From contig OX597834.1 in assembly GCA_951406725.2 (NCBI GenBank), positions 33,542,001 through 33,606,000 of the forward strand: a stretch of 64,000 nt of DNA, given 5' to 3'. How positions within the stretch are numbered: position 1 is the stretch's first letter; each line of letters starts with the position of its first letter. The translations under genes and the position numbers were made by a program. This document shows, in pieces, positions 13,346 to 27,000 of the stretch. Origin of the DNA: Octopus vulgaris (Eukaryota). Under the pieces are notes generated by a model that made no database searches, was not told where the DNA came from, and was given only the letters and a program-made list of their open reading frames with translations.

Positions 13346-16300
13346 AAAATAAACCATACTATAGAACAAAATGGTTTTTTAATAACTAAGAAATGGTTCT
13401 TTCTTACTGTGTGTGAGAGGGAGAGAAAGGGAGAGGTGTGTGTGTATACTCTTTCAGTACAAGTGTCCTTCTGTTCTTTCACCCTAATCCACATCAGCGT
13501 TTTTTTTTCCTTTTTCCACCTAACCTTCATGGCCCACCACCACCATCACAACCATCACAACCATCACAACCACTTCAACATTCTTCACTCATCCTAACTC
13601 CTGTTTTGCATCTTCATTTCTGAGTCATATTATTAGAACCAACACACACACACCTCCTTTTTTCACTCTCACTTCCAAAAGTCTCTCTCTCTCTCCTATG
13701 TCCCTCTTTTTTTTTTAAAGTTGTTCTCTGTGCCATTTCCTTGGACTCTCTGACCACCAGCACCCACACCTACCATCTTCCTCTTCTTCCTTCTACTCTG
13801 ATCGTTGACTACATCCTTCCTGTCCCCCTCTTTCTCTCTCTCTCTCTCTCTCTCCCTGTCTTAGGTTTTCCTCTGTGACATACCAATACCACTTAGTAAG
13901 TTGTAATATTGAGCTGCTGCCACCGCCACCACCACCACCATCTCCACCAACCAACTGCAACAAACCACTACCATCATCATCATCATCACTTCCACTACCA
14001 TCTTTTCCACCATCACTACAAGCATCACTACCACCACCACCAGCACTGGTGACCCCCACAGTGACAACGTCAGCTTCTCTCTGGAGGTGTAAAGCAGAGT
14101 TCCTCATCTTCCTGTTGTTGCTGTTTGTTATGTGAGTTTTATTGTTGTTGCTGATGTCACAAATTTTCTGAAACTACTGATGCACCACCACCACCAACAA
14201 CAACAACAACGTTACAAGAGGGACCAAGGAATCCAACCAACAAGAAATAGCAGCCAAACTCTCCTCAGATCACATCTTACTCTCTTGAAGAAAGAAAGGA
14301 TACATTAAAGAATACTGTCCTTGGTAGCCAATGACACAGATGAAGAAAAATGTAAGAGAAGATGGTCGTGGATGAATAAAGGTCGTCTGCCTATTTGATG
14401 CTGACCTCAAGCTAAATAACAACAGCAACAACATTACGTGGGAGACCAAAAAGTGAACCTCTTCATGTGTGTTTGTCCAACCAACTAGAAATAGTAGCCA
14501 AACTCTCCTCGAATCACTCCTTACTGTCTTAAAGAAGGAAAGGATATGTTAAGTAATATCATCCAGGGTATCCAATGATAAGGGCCGAAGAAATATGACC
14601 AGATGGATTAAAGGAATTGTGTATTTGATACTGGCCTGTGACTAAATAGCAGTAACAACATAAAGAGATGAAAAAATTTTAGAAACAGAAAATACCTCAC
14701 AGAATTTTAAAAGAAAAATTTAAAAAGCAACATAAAATATATCTCCCTTCCACCTTACTGTTGCAACTGCCCCAGGAGGATAGATAGTCTCTTAATGCAA
14801 TCAACCAGCTGGAGCCACTAGACTACAATGAAAATTTGAAGAAAACCCCTTAGGGTGTATCAAGAAGAAAAACCCCAAAATATTCCAAGAGGTAACAGCA
14901 GCAGCAACAACAACAATAATAATACTCCAGAAACATTTTGGAACTAAAAGTTAATGTTTCTAAAGAAATAGAAAATATATAAGAAAAATAATAATAATGA
15001 TAATAATTGTTGTTGATCTGACTGATTTCGGTACAGAGTCAATAATTTTTGGGGGTTAGTTGAAGTCCTTGATTCAGTGATTGGTGATTTATTTTATCGA
15101 CTCCTGAAAGGATGAAAGGGAAAGTTAACCCTGGCTGGAACTGAACTTGGAATAAATGTCTGATGTTCTAATGATTCAGCTAACTCAATAGTAATAATAA
15201 TAATAATAATATAATAATAATTTTTAAGAATTAGCAACAAAATACACACTTCAGAAAAAACCAAAACAAAGAAAAATTACCAGAATCTTCCTCAGAACAA
15301 CAAGGACAGTAACAATAATAAAAAAAACGAAGAAGTGGACAAAGAAAATTCTGGAACTATCAGAAAGAAAATGTTGAAAAATAAGGAATATTTAAATTTC
15401 TTGTGTGGGTGTATGTTTGTGTGTGTGTCACACTGGTTGGTACTTGACAACTAGATGTTAGTGGATTATCTTTGACAAACCTACAAGGAAACAGAAAAAA
15501 GTGCCATCCAAACACACACACACACACGGTCCTGTCCCCTTTCTTTGAGTTCTCCTTTTCTTTCTACTCCACCCAGCCATTTTTGAGGACCTGTTGGTAC
15601 CTTAGCAACACTGACCATATCATAATAACTTCTTTGTCTACCTTACCCATCCCTTGTTTCTTTCTCTTCCCCCTCCCCCACACTATTGTTCACTCTGCTC
15701 CCCTTGTTGCCATATTGGCGATACTATTTGTAATCCACCATCACCCCAAACACGGATCATACCATTCGACCATCAGGTGTGACAGGATGAAGTTTACCAT
15801 ACGACTAGTCTATTATGTATTGCTGCACTTTGGTCCCTTACCATTTCAAGGTAGGATTACAATTGTTGTTGTTGTTATTGTTAACGTTGTTGGTTGATGT
15901 TATGAGAGTTCATAGTTGCAGATGTTGAGGTGGTTGCAATTCTGATATCCGTAATTTTGGCAGCTCTTATTCAATGCTCTTTCTCTTTTTTCTCTCTCTC
16001 TCTGTTGTTATCACTCGCTCTCTCTCTCTCTCTCTCTCTCTGTTGTTATCACTCGCTCTCTCTCTCTCTCTCTCTCTGTTGTTATCACTCGCTCTCTCTT
16101 TCTCTCTCTCATTTTCTTTCATACCCATCATCTTACCACCTGTCTAATCTTCCTTCCACACCTGCGATGTACCAGCCTGATCTGGAACTATGGCTGCATA
16201 TAGAATGAAGGCAGAATAAGTAGTGAGGACATGCTGTGTGGGGTTCTGCTAAAGATGTGTTGCGTGAGGCCCTGGTGAAGGGCAGTGAAGGTGCATTATA

Positions 16301-17033
16301 TGGAGCCCTGGTGAAGGCTCATTGTGTGGGGCCCTAGTAAAGATGTGGAAGGCTATCAAGGAATGTTGTGTGAGGCTCTGGTGAAAATACATCTGCATTG
16401 TGTAGGGCCTTGGTGAATGTGTTATGTGGAGTCATGGTGACCATATACTGTGTGGGTAGTGGTCTGCTGCATTGAGCAATGGTTACATAGTGTGTGGGCC
16501 CCTGTAAGGTTGAGTTGTGACCCATCTCTCACCAGTAAAGTCAAGATGTGTAGGGCAATGAAGATATGTGTCTTTTTTTTTGTTGGTTATTGTGGGGTTG
16601 ACAATGCTCAGCGACTCAGTTGGAAAAATCTACTAGATGAGTGAGGGTGGGGTGATTAGTGGTTAACTAGGATTAATGACAACGACCGCAACAATGATGA
16701 TTTCAGATTGATAGTAGTCATATTCACCGATTTTCCTCTTCTATAGTATCACCACCACCACAGATATATGTAATTCATAAACAACCATTTCTCCTTTATG
16801 GCATGCCACATCTATGTGTGTGTATGCATACTATAGAACCCAGGCATCAGATCCGACCGGTCTTGTCTGTCTTTCTTTCTATATATGTGTGTGTGTATGT
16901 ATATATATTTATATACACACAGTTTTATGCTGTACTTTACTAGTTCTTAACGGAATATACCATAACTATATATATAAATATATACACACACACACACACA
17001 CACATATTTGCCTACCCCACTCTCTATCTCTTC

Positions 17034-17090
<57 letters not shown>

Positions 17091-18833
17091 TACACACACA
17101 CATTGTCCCCACACATGCACAACTCCACTAAAACCCCACTCAACTCTCTCATTCCCTTCAAAAGTTCAACAATAACACTTGTTGTTCATTCAGTTGCCAA
17201 AATACACATGATGACCCCACGACCTCTTTAGTCCAATCAAATAGTTTATCATAGAAAATGTTGTTATTGTTGCTAATGTTGTCTCCTCCACTCCCCCCTT
17301 ACCCTGTACGACTCCATCCCACCCTTCTTTCTCACCCTACCAGTCCATCCCTAAGAATGGAATTATTATTATTATTATCATCTTACTGTTCTCTGTTCTG
17401 TAAAGTGGTCTTGTCTGCCATGATGGGAGATAATGTACAAGTGGAGGGGGGATGCCTGGGGGGGATGGAAAGGGTGCAGGGTAGATGGATGGGTATGATT
17501 GGAGACATGGTGTGTGGGGGAGCAGGGGGACAGAGTTGTCTTCACATTCATATAAGAATACTCTGACATACACATGCATACACTCACATGCAAATATACA
17601 CACATGCACACACAAATGTCCATACATGCACACACAAATGTCCATACATGCACACACACAAATGCTTAGGGTAAATGGATGGGTATGATTGGAGACATGG
17701 AGTATGGGGGAGCGGGGGGGGGCACTGAGGATTATTTAAGGTGAGGATTACTTAAGGTGTGTAATCCCACTATAATTCCTCTGATGAGTAAATTCTGGGT
17801 TCGCTTTGCTGGATTATGAATATTTTACTGAATGTGTGTATGTTATAGATAGATAGATAGGTTTAAGAGGAGACAGAGCCACCTTCAAGCAACACAATCA
17901 ACATTTAACAACATTATCGATGATAGAGATATATAAGATTAAATTTTCTTAAAATTAATATCTACAATTCTTATTCTGAATCCTATATTAAACTATATAG
18001 ACTGTGTGTTTCATGACAATATATCTATCGGTATTGCTGAAATAAAAGGTCTCGAAATTCAATATCATATCAATCCAACTATATTGCCAATCTTCAGGTC
18101 TGGATTATATAAAACTATTTTACTATTTACATCCAATATAAAGATATGACAATCAAACTTATACAACTAGAAATCGTCAAAATAATTTTTATTACGAAAT
18201 AAGGAACAAAAATGAGGAATAAGAAATAATAAAAATAATATATATATATATATAAATTAATTAAATTAGAGATAAAACCACTATTAGGCAACTTAAACAG
18301 TGATAGACATAAACCAAAACATAAAAAACAAAAAATAAATATAATATAATATATATATATATATATAAAATTCAAAATTTAAATTATTAAAATTTATATT
18401 TAAAAATTTTTTAACTTTGGAATTTTTTTTTTATATAACTAAAAAGTATAAAAAGGTTAAATATAATATAAGTATATTATATTATATTATATTTAACTTT
18501 TTTATACTTTTTGGTTAGTTATTTAAAAAAAAATTCAAAATTTTAAAGATTTAAAAATATAAATTTTAAAATTTTAAATTTTAATTAAAATTTTATATTT
18601 TATTTTATTTTATTTTATCTAGTTTCAGCTCACGAGCTGTGGCCATGCTGGGGCAATATATATATATTATATTAATTATATTTATTTTTTGTTTTTTATG
18701 TTTTGGTTTATGTCTATCACTGTTTGAGTTGCCTAATAGTGGTTTTATCTCCAATTTAATTTATATTTATACTGTGAAATTTTATTTAATCCTAAATCTA
18801 ATTTTTCCATGAAGGTTTGGATATACTCCCTAA

Positions 18834-18872
<39 letters not shown>

Positions 18873-20211
18873 TATATATACTAGCAGTATCGCCCGGCGT
18901 TGCTCGGGGTTGTAAGGGAAATAACTATATAAGCATTTTTAGAGAGTTACTTCCCTTATAGATGCCAATTCGGGCTTTCTTAGCCATTTCTGTTTTGGTG
19001 TCTTCAAGCCATGAAGTCGTTGTTCTAAAAGAACGCTGGTCTCCTTGACAACGCTTTACGGCGTTGATTTCCTTACACTCCCTTCCCCACAGCTTCACGA
19101 GGGAGGGAAGAAGGGGGAGAAGCAAACAGGTGCAGGTGTGACCATGGACGCCAACTCCGCCGCCATCGACACACGAAAAATTATGCATTAAAATGGAATA
19201 AAAAATGATGTTAAATTATTTTTTAAATCGTAGACTCATCGTAGACGCGCGCTAATACTCAGACGGGCTCGATATGAATCACGACTATAAGATACCCGAA
19301 TTTGGTTAAACTGCACCGCAAAATGTGGGAGTAGTTAGGAATCTAAATCGAAGGGGACAGACACTCACACAACTACAGTTTTATATATATAGATATATAT
19401 ATATAAATGAGTTGTATCTGTATTTCAAAGGGCTAGCCTTGTCACACCCTGTGTCATGCTGAATCTCCCTGAAAACTATGTTAAGGGTACCCATGTCTGT
19501 GGAGTGCTTGGCCACTTGCACGTTAATTTCATGGGTAAGCTGTTCTGTTGATGGTTTCAGCTGGGACCCTCATTGTTGTAAACCAATGGAGTGCTCCATA
19601 TAAAATATATGTATGTATGTATGAATATGTTTGTGTGTGTGTGTGTGTATATATATATTCATACATACATATATTATATATGGGGCACTCCATTGGTTAC
19701 AACAATGAGGGTCCCAGCAGATACAATCAACAGAACAGCTTACCCATGAAATTAATGTGCAAGTGGCCAAGCACTCCACAGACATGTGTACCCGTAACAT
19801 AGTTCTCAGGGAGATTCAGGGTGTGACAGGGCTGGCCCTTTGAAATACAGATGCAACTAATTTTTGCCAGCTGAATGGACTGGAGCAATGTGAAATAAAG
19901 TGTCTTGCTCAAGGATACAATGCATTGCCAGGAATTGAACTCACGACATTACGATCATGAGCCAAATTCCCTAACCACTAAGCCACATACCTTCATATAT
20001 ATATATATATAAAACAGGAAGGTTTATGAAAATAAACAAAAGACGAAGGCAGGTGGAGTACAAACAAACAAATGTATTAATTAGTATGGCGCTCAGGAAT
20101 AGAAATAGAACAAGTCTTTTACGTTTTGAGCCTACATTCTTCGACAGAAAGATACACAGAAAAGAAACAAGGAGAGAAAAAAATGCGTGTAGGAGCTAAC
20201 GGTCTATCATG

Positions 20212-20245
<34 letters not shown>

Positions 20246-21046
20246 CAAAACAATAACTTTCTTATGAGCTCAAGTGAATTTCTTATCTTAGCATAGGCTA
20301 TGGTTGTATAGTGTGTCTTCAGGCTATAACTGTAAGCTTCAGTTTAGGATATAGTATGATGAGTCATGATACACAAAAGTAGTTGTACAATACGTGTGTG
20401 TGTATGACTATTGGCCAGACTATCGGATGTTGTTATACACTACTGCTCACAATGTACTTCCTTGCATTGTTGTAGCTTTTGAATGGTGCCACCCAACTGG
20501 CTAGGGTGGACAAATGGGACACCAGTCTGTTGCAGGGTGGCCCATTTACAGCTGAGTGGACTGGAGCAATGTGAAATGCAGTATTTCCACTCAAGAACAC
20601 AATAGACCACTGCTGGCCTGGGAATTGAAACCACATTCTTGTGATCATGAGTGTAATGCCCTCACCACTTGACCACATACCTTCACACCCATATACCTGT
20701 CTGTCTCTCTCTGTCTATCTATATGTGTGTGTGTGTGTGTGTGTGTGATGGTGCATGGCTCAGTGGTTAAGGTGTTGCACTCACAATTGTGAAATTGTGT
20801 GTTCGATTCCCAGACCAGGCGTTACATTGTGTTCTTGAACAAAGCACTTCATTTCACGTTGCTCTGTGATCATTTCGTTGTCTGACATGTGGCACATGGT
20901 GCACCTGTACAGGTAATAATGATGATCTGATGGAGGGAGGGAGCTTACGTATGCACACACATTTGATCGTTATAAACAAATCTGTATCATTGTTCAGTAA
21001 GAAATTGTCAAACCCTCATACATCATCTAATGACAGAAGAGTCCAT

Positions 21047-21077
<31 letters not shown>

Positions 21078-24000
21078 GCATACATACATACATACTTTTT
21101 ATTAAAGCTGCAAAATTATCACAGAACTGTTACTCAGTTTCATGTTCCCTTTCATTCAATAGTTATGATAAAAAAAGTATATTACTCTATCTTTGGTATT
21201 CAAGTACTATTTTTTCCACCTTGTTTTGCACTTATATGCCCGCCTCTGTGTGTTTGTGTGTGTGTAAACAGTAAAAGCAGTAACAATAAAAAAAAAAAGT
21301 AACAAATTCTCCAAAAGGGGAAAATTGCCATCCAAAGGCAACCAAGGAATCCCACAAATCCCAAGCGATTCTACTTACAAGGAGTACCATAGTGAGTGTT
21401 CCCCTCTCCTCCCTACTCTTCAGCTTAAAGTAGGCCCACTTACTTGGGCCATCCTCATCACATTCACATACCTCTCAACAAATTTCTTAGGTGGTAGCAC
21501 ATCCTTCTTTATTCTCGGCCTTCTTTTCAAATGGAATTTTTAAAAGTCAATGAGGGCTTGGCCATAGAGAAAAATTTCATAATAAAATAAACTATATTTT
21601 TCTATAATGACTGAAGGAAAATGACCCAGGAACACTCTGCATAAAACATTTTATAAATGTGGTAGCATTCACTCAGTTATTGTATTTCTGTGAAGATGGT
21701 GTCCGTAGGTAATAAGACCCTCAATTATTACACTCAGTTGTTACACCAACATTTGTGTTTGTGTGTATATACACACACACATTTACCACTACTACTACTA
21801 CTACAGTGAGCTGGCATAATCATTAGTATACCAGACAAAATGCTTAGTAGCATTTCATTCATCTTTATGTTCTGACTCACACACAGGTGCATGCATGCTT
21901 TTGTGGTTAAGAAGTTTATGTCCCAAATCACATGGCTCCAGATTTAGTCCCACGGTATGGAACCAGGGCCAGTGTCTTCTGCTATAATCTCAGATCAAGC
22001 AAAACTTATCTTGACTTTGTGCCATGGCTGTAAATAAATGTTACCATGATACTGGTTGTGTCTTTCGTTTCCTGTAATTTGAAAAAACATGATTGGCCAT
22101 AGACAAAAATCTTGCCTTGCTTACAAACAGTTAGCAAATTTCTGGCTCAATGAATTCCGTCTGACTGATGCAAGCATGGAAAAGTGGATGTTAAAAAAAA
22201 TTGATGGTGACAGTGATAATGATGGTGAAAATAATAAAATACTGTTTCTTTGGCAGGGTTTGAAGGGGTCACATGTGGAGAAGACATCAATGAATGTAAA
22301 TCAAATCCATGCCAGAATGGTGCTCGTTGTGAAGATGGAAAGAATAACTTTCAATGCCACTGTCTCTCTGGTAAGTTATTTTAAATTTGACCCTTTTGTT
22401 ACCCATATTTCTTTTGAGAAGCCCTATGTTTCTTTCAATTAATTTTAAATATAACTAAGAATTTAGTAAAATAACTTAGTTATCATTAAGCTTGTGTTAG
22501 GAACATAAATTGTAACTAAGGTTTGGTGGAAGATTTTAATTCAGAATTTTTGAAAACAAGACATTTGTACTACAAAACCAGAGGCAGTTTTAGGTGGGTT
22601 GATATCAAAAGGGTTGTACTTTTTCTTTTGCTTGATGTGGTACAGGACCCAAAAGTATTAGGGCAGAGGGGATACAATATAAATTGGATTAAGCTCAGTA
22701 AATAAATGGTACTTGGGGGTGGCAAGCCTAAAATTGAGACTCAACCCAAACCATACTTATAATGAAAAACTACCCCATACCCCTTTGTGTTTGTTGTATC
22801 CAATCATTTGTACCATCCCCGTTGTTTTCTGAGCTCCTGTAGCTAAAACAGAAATGTCTTGCAGTATTTCTTCAGACTATTTATGCTTTGAGTTCAAATA
22901 AAAAAAAGGATTATTAGTATTATTAAAGTAGGGACCTGGCTAAATTGTTAATGCATGCTTAGTAGTATTCCCTTTGACTGAGTTCAAATCCCACTTCGCC
23001 ATTCATCATCTTAGGTGAAATAAATTCCAGTTGGCCACTGGAATTGATGTCACTGACTTACCTCTCTTCTAAAATTGCTGACCTTGTGCCAAAATTTTAA
23101 ATCATAATTCTTATTATTAACTATGACAATAGATTGGCAAAACCATTAGAATATCAGCAAAATGCTTTGCAGTATTTGTCCTGGTCCTTCTATGTTCTGA
23201 GTTCAAATCCCACCAAAGTCTGCATTGCTTTTCATCCCTCTAAGGTTACTAAAATAATATATACAGTCCTGTACTGGGGCTAATGTAATTGGCTAAGCCT
23301 TCCCCTCAAAACTGCCAACCTTGAACCTAAATTAGAAACCATTCTTATTTCTTTCTTCTCTCTATCTCTCACTTTCTTTCTCAGGTTTCACTGGTAAGAG
23401 GTGTGAAGTAAATATTGATGAATGCATCAGCAACCCTTGTACAAACGGCAGGTGTTATGACGAAGCAAATTCATACCGGTGTGAATGCAACAAAGGTAAT
23501 TATTATTATTATTATTATTAAAGCAGCAAGCTGACAGAATTGTTAGTGCCATACAAGCGTGGTTGATGCCAGTGCCACCTGGCTGGTCCCGTGCTGGTGG
23601 CATGTAAAAAGCACCATTTGAGCATGGTTATTGCCAGTGCTGCCTCACTGGCTCCCATGCCAGTTGCACATAAAAAGCACCCTCTACACTCCCGGAATGG
23701 TTGGTGTTAAGAAGGGCATCCAGCTGTAGAAACCTAGTCAGATCGGATTTGAGCCTGGTGCAGCCTCTTGGCTTTCCAGACCTCAGTCAAACCATCCAAC
23801 CCATGCCAGCATGGAAAGTGGATGTTAAACAATGATGATGATGATGATGATTTATTATATCATTATTATTACCACTGGAGCAGTGGTTCTTAAAAGGGGG
23901 GCCTCTATGACTCTTGGGCGGAGGAGAGGTTCATATAAGATTTTGTTGTAAAAAATTTATGAGCATAAAAGATCTATGCTTCAACAATATACAAAATATT

Positions 24001-27000
24001 TTAACAAATTTTTAATACATTTCCTAATAATATTTAATTATAAAAATACTAAAGATATTTTTAAACATGGAATGATTATGAGGGTCCACCCAAGTAAAAT
24101 AAGAACCAAAGGTGTCCATAGGTAAAAAATGGTTGAGAAACACTGCACTAGAGTTTTACCTGTCATATGATGGGTAATTTGAGAAGTATAGTGTTGCTAA
24201 TATAGGTAATATCAGGAAATATAATGCGTGTATATATATATAAACAATAATTATAATTTAACATTTTGAAGAAGTTTACCACCATGGGTATATTACATTT
24301 GTTTCAATTAATTTTGAAAATAATAAAGAATTTGATAAAATATTTTGGTCATTACTAAGCTGGTAATGGAGCATAAATTAACAAGGAATTTTGATGGGAA
24401 ATTTTAATTTAAATTACTTTATGTAGAAAGTTTGTCTCATAGAATTGGTATCAAAAGGGTTTAGAGCTACAGCAGTGTAAGGAAAGTGCAGTTTGACCAG
24501 CGATGTATAACAGCATCTGATGGTGTGGTCAATAGTGATATTGATGGCATTCATAAAGACCGCCTTCAGTCATGAATGACAATGGGATTGCACTTAGAAA
24601 GTTCTTCTCTGAGGCACAAGTCTGGGCAAGGTTGCTTATAGAAGATCAGCAGTCGCCCAAGGGAAAGGCAAAGGGGCCGGTACAGCTTGGCACCAGTGAG
24701 GTTGCAACTCATATCTGGAGCAATGTGAAATAAAGTGTCTTGCTTAAGAACACTACACACAGCCCAGTCACGGAATCTTACAACTGTGAGCCAAGCACCT
24801 TCACTATGACAACTCTTTAAAGTATACTTTTGCCACCTTGTGGTAATACCTAGAAATATGATGTGCATACAATAATTATAATTTAACGAGGCTACGTTCT
24901 AATGGTTGAAACTAGTAAAGGAACAATATGAAAAATTCTTTGTTTTTCTTTTTCTAGGTTACACTGGTATCAACTGTGAAAGGAATGTCAATGACTGTGA
25001 GGGTGTTGTCTGTAGGAACGGAACCTGCAGAGATGATATTCATAACTACACCTGTGTATGCCATGCTGGTTACACTGGCCGGCATTGTGAAACAGAGATC
25101 AATGAATGTGACAGCCAGCCTTGCAAACATGGTGGAACATGCCGCAATGTTGGTAATGGTTACGAGTGTCGCTGCCAGAGTGGTACTTCAGGTATGTCTG
25201 CTATAAATACTATGAATGCGTATTAGTGATACTGGCTGAGTGTTACTTCAGATGTGTCTGTTATAAATGCTACTTATGTGAGTGTCACCATACCATGTAA
25301 AAAGCACTGGTGCTGGTACCATGTGAAAAGCAATGTGTATATGTGAAAACCATTATCTGAGTGACACTTCAATGTGTTTTTATAAATGCTTTATATGTGA
25401 GTCTTGAGTGTTACTTCTGTTATAAATATTGTACATGTGAGTGTCACTCAATGACATGTCAAATGTATTATTATAAATGCTTTGTATATGAGTGTTGCTG
25501 TCTAAGTCACACTTGAGATATGTCTGCAATAAATGTTAACCGTGTAATACTTGAGGCATGTCTGCTATAAATACTCAATGCATGAGTGACAAATTATAAT
25601 CTTAATTACAAAAACTTATATTTATAAACATTAAATGCTGTGATTATTTCTCAGGTTGAGGGTCAGGATAGATGTAGTGAAAATATAACCTTGGTAGAAT
25701 AAGAAATGGCTATGTATACTATTTATATCAATCGGACTGGTGTCTTCATTTTAATTGTTGTTTCACTACGTTTCGGCTGTTGTATACTCCACCCTTCTTA
25801 AGGTGTCTTGTGTTGAACTCAGTTGTATTGGAATTCCAAACTGAACACTTTATTTGATCCATGGGGAGGGGGTCCCCTGTTCTCCCTGTGGATCAGATAA
25901 AGGATTAGGTTCAAAATTCCAACACAACAACCAAAACACAGTGAAAGCAACAATCAAGACAAGGTGAGGACACCAGTTTGACTGATATAAACAGTATATG
26001 TAATATGAATTCCTTATCTCAAAAATATAGAATTGTATTATCTGAGGAAATGAGTAGATTAGATTTAGGGAGCTTTTACTTCTGCTAATAAATAAAAAAC
26101 AAGTCTGTATTTATCTTGAAATTATTTCTGTTTTTTAAAGGCCGATCCTGTGAGAATAACTATAATGATTGTGCCAGCAACCCATGTCACAACAGAGCCA
26201 CATGTGTCGATGGTGTCAACAAATATGAATGCCGTTGTCTTGCTGGTTTCACAGGTAAGAAGGTATCTTTTAAAATCCTCCAGTTTTTTCTTTTTTTTTT
26301 TAGATATTATGATAGGCGCAGGTGTGGCTGTGTGGTTAGAAGTGCAATACAAACCTACTGGATAATGTGAGTGGGTGGAATATAAACCTACCAGATTTTG
26401 TCAATGGTCCATACAACTACATGATTGTGACAGTAAAACCACCAAGCATTTTAATGCACTATAAACCTTGTTGCATCTGTTTGCAAACCTGGTCAGTGAC
26501 TACAGTAGTGGTTCTTTAAGCCTTCAGCATTTAAACTGGCCACATCAGGGCCTTCTACCTGTTTTATGTTCAAACTGACCGGATCTCTCCTGTCACAGAC
26601 ACCCTACAATCTCATCCACGAAATCTCAAAGCTATGAGGTAATGCATGATTAATTCAAAACATGTGGATAAAGAAACATTACATTTGACAGAGGAATCCA
26701 AATGCTAAAGGGTTGAACCTCTAATTTTTTTATAGCTGTGTATCATACTTTATGCTGATATGTCATTGAAAGCTTGATTAGCTGCAGTAGTCATCCTGAG
26801 ATAAAATCGCTTATGGATGTGCAGTGTTAAAAAACACAGAAATATATCAGTAGCAGGAGAAAATTGCCCTCTAATTTGTTTTATTGTCTTTGATCAACAG
26901 GAAGGGAATGTGAGAGCGATATTGATGAATGTGCATCAAATCCTTGCTTCAATGGAGGTGAATGCAGCGACATGGAAAATGAATACCGTTGCAAATGTCC

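Noticed and set aside
17780-17840. CTGATGAG hammerhead core
   Set aside because: A stem (GTAAA/TTTAC) is present, but the GAAA half of the core reads TGAAT and stems I/III are not evident. At best it is a dead relic.
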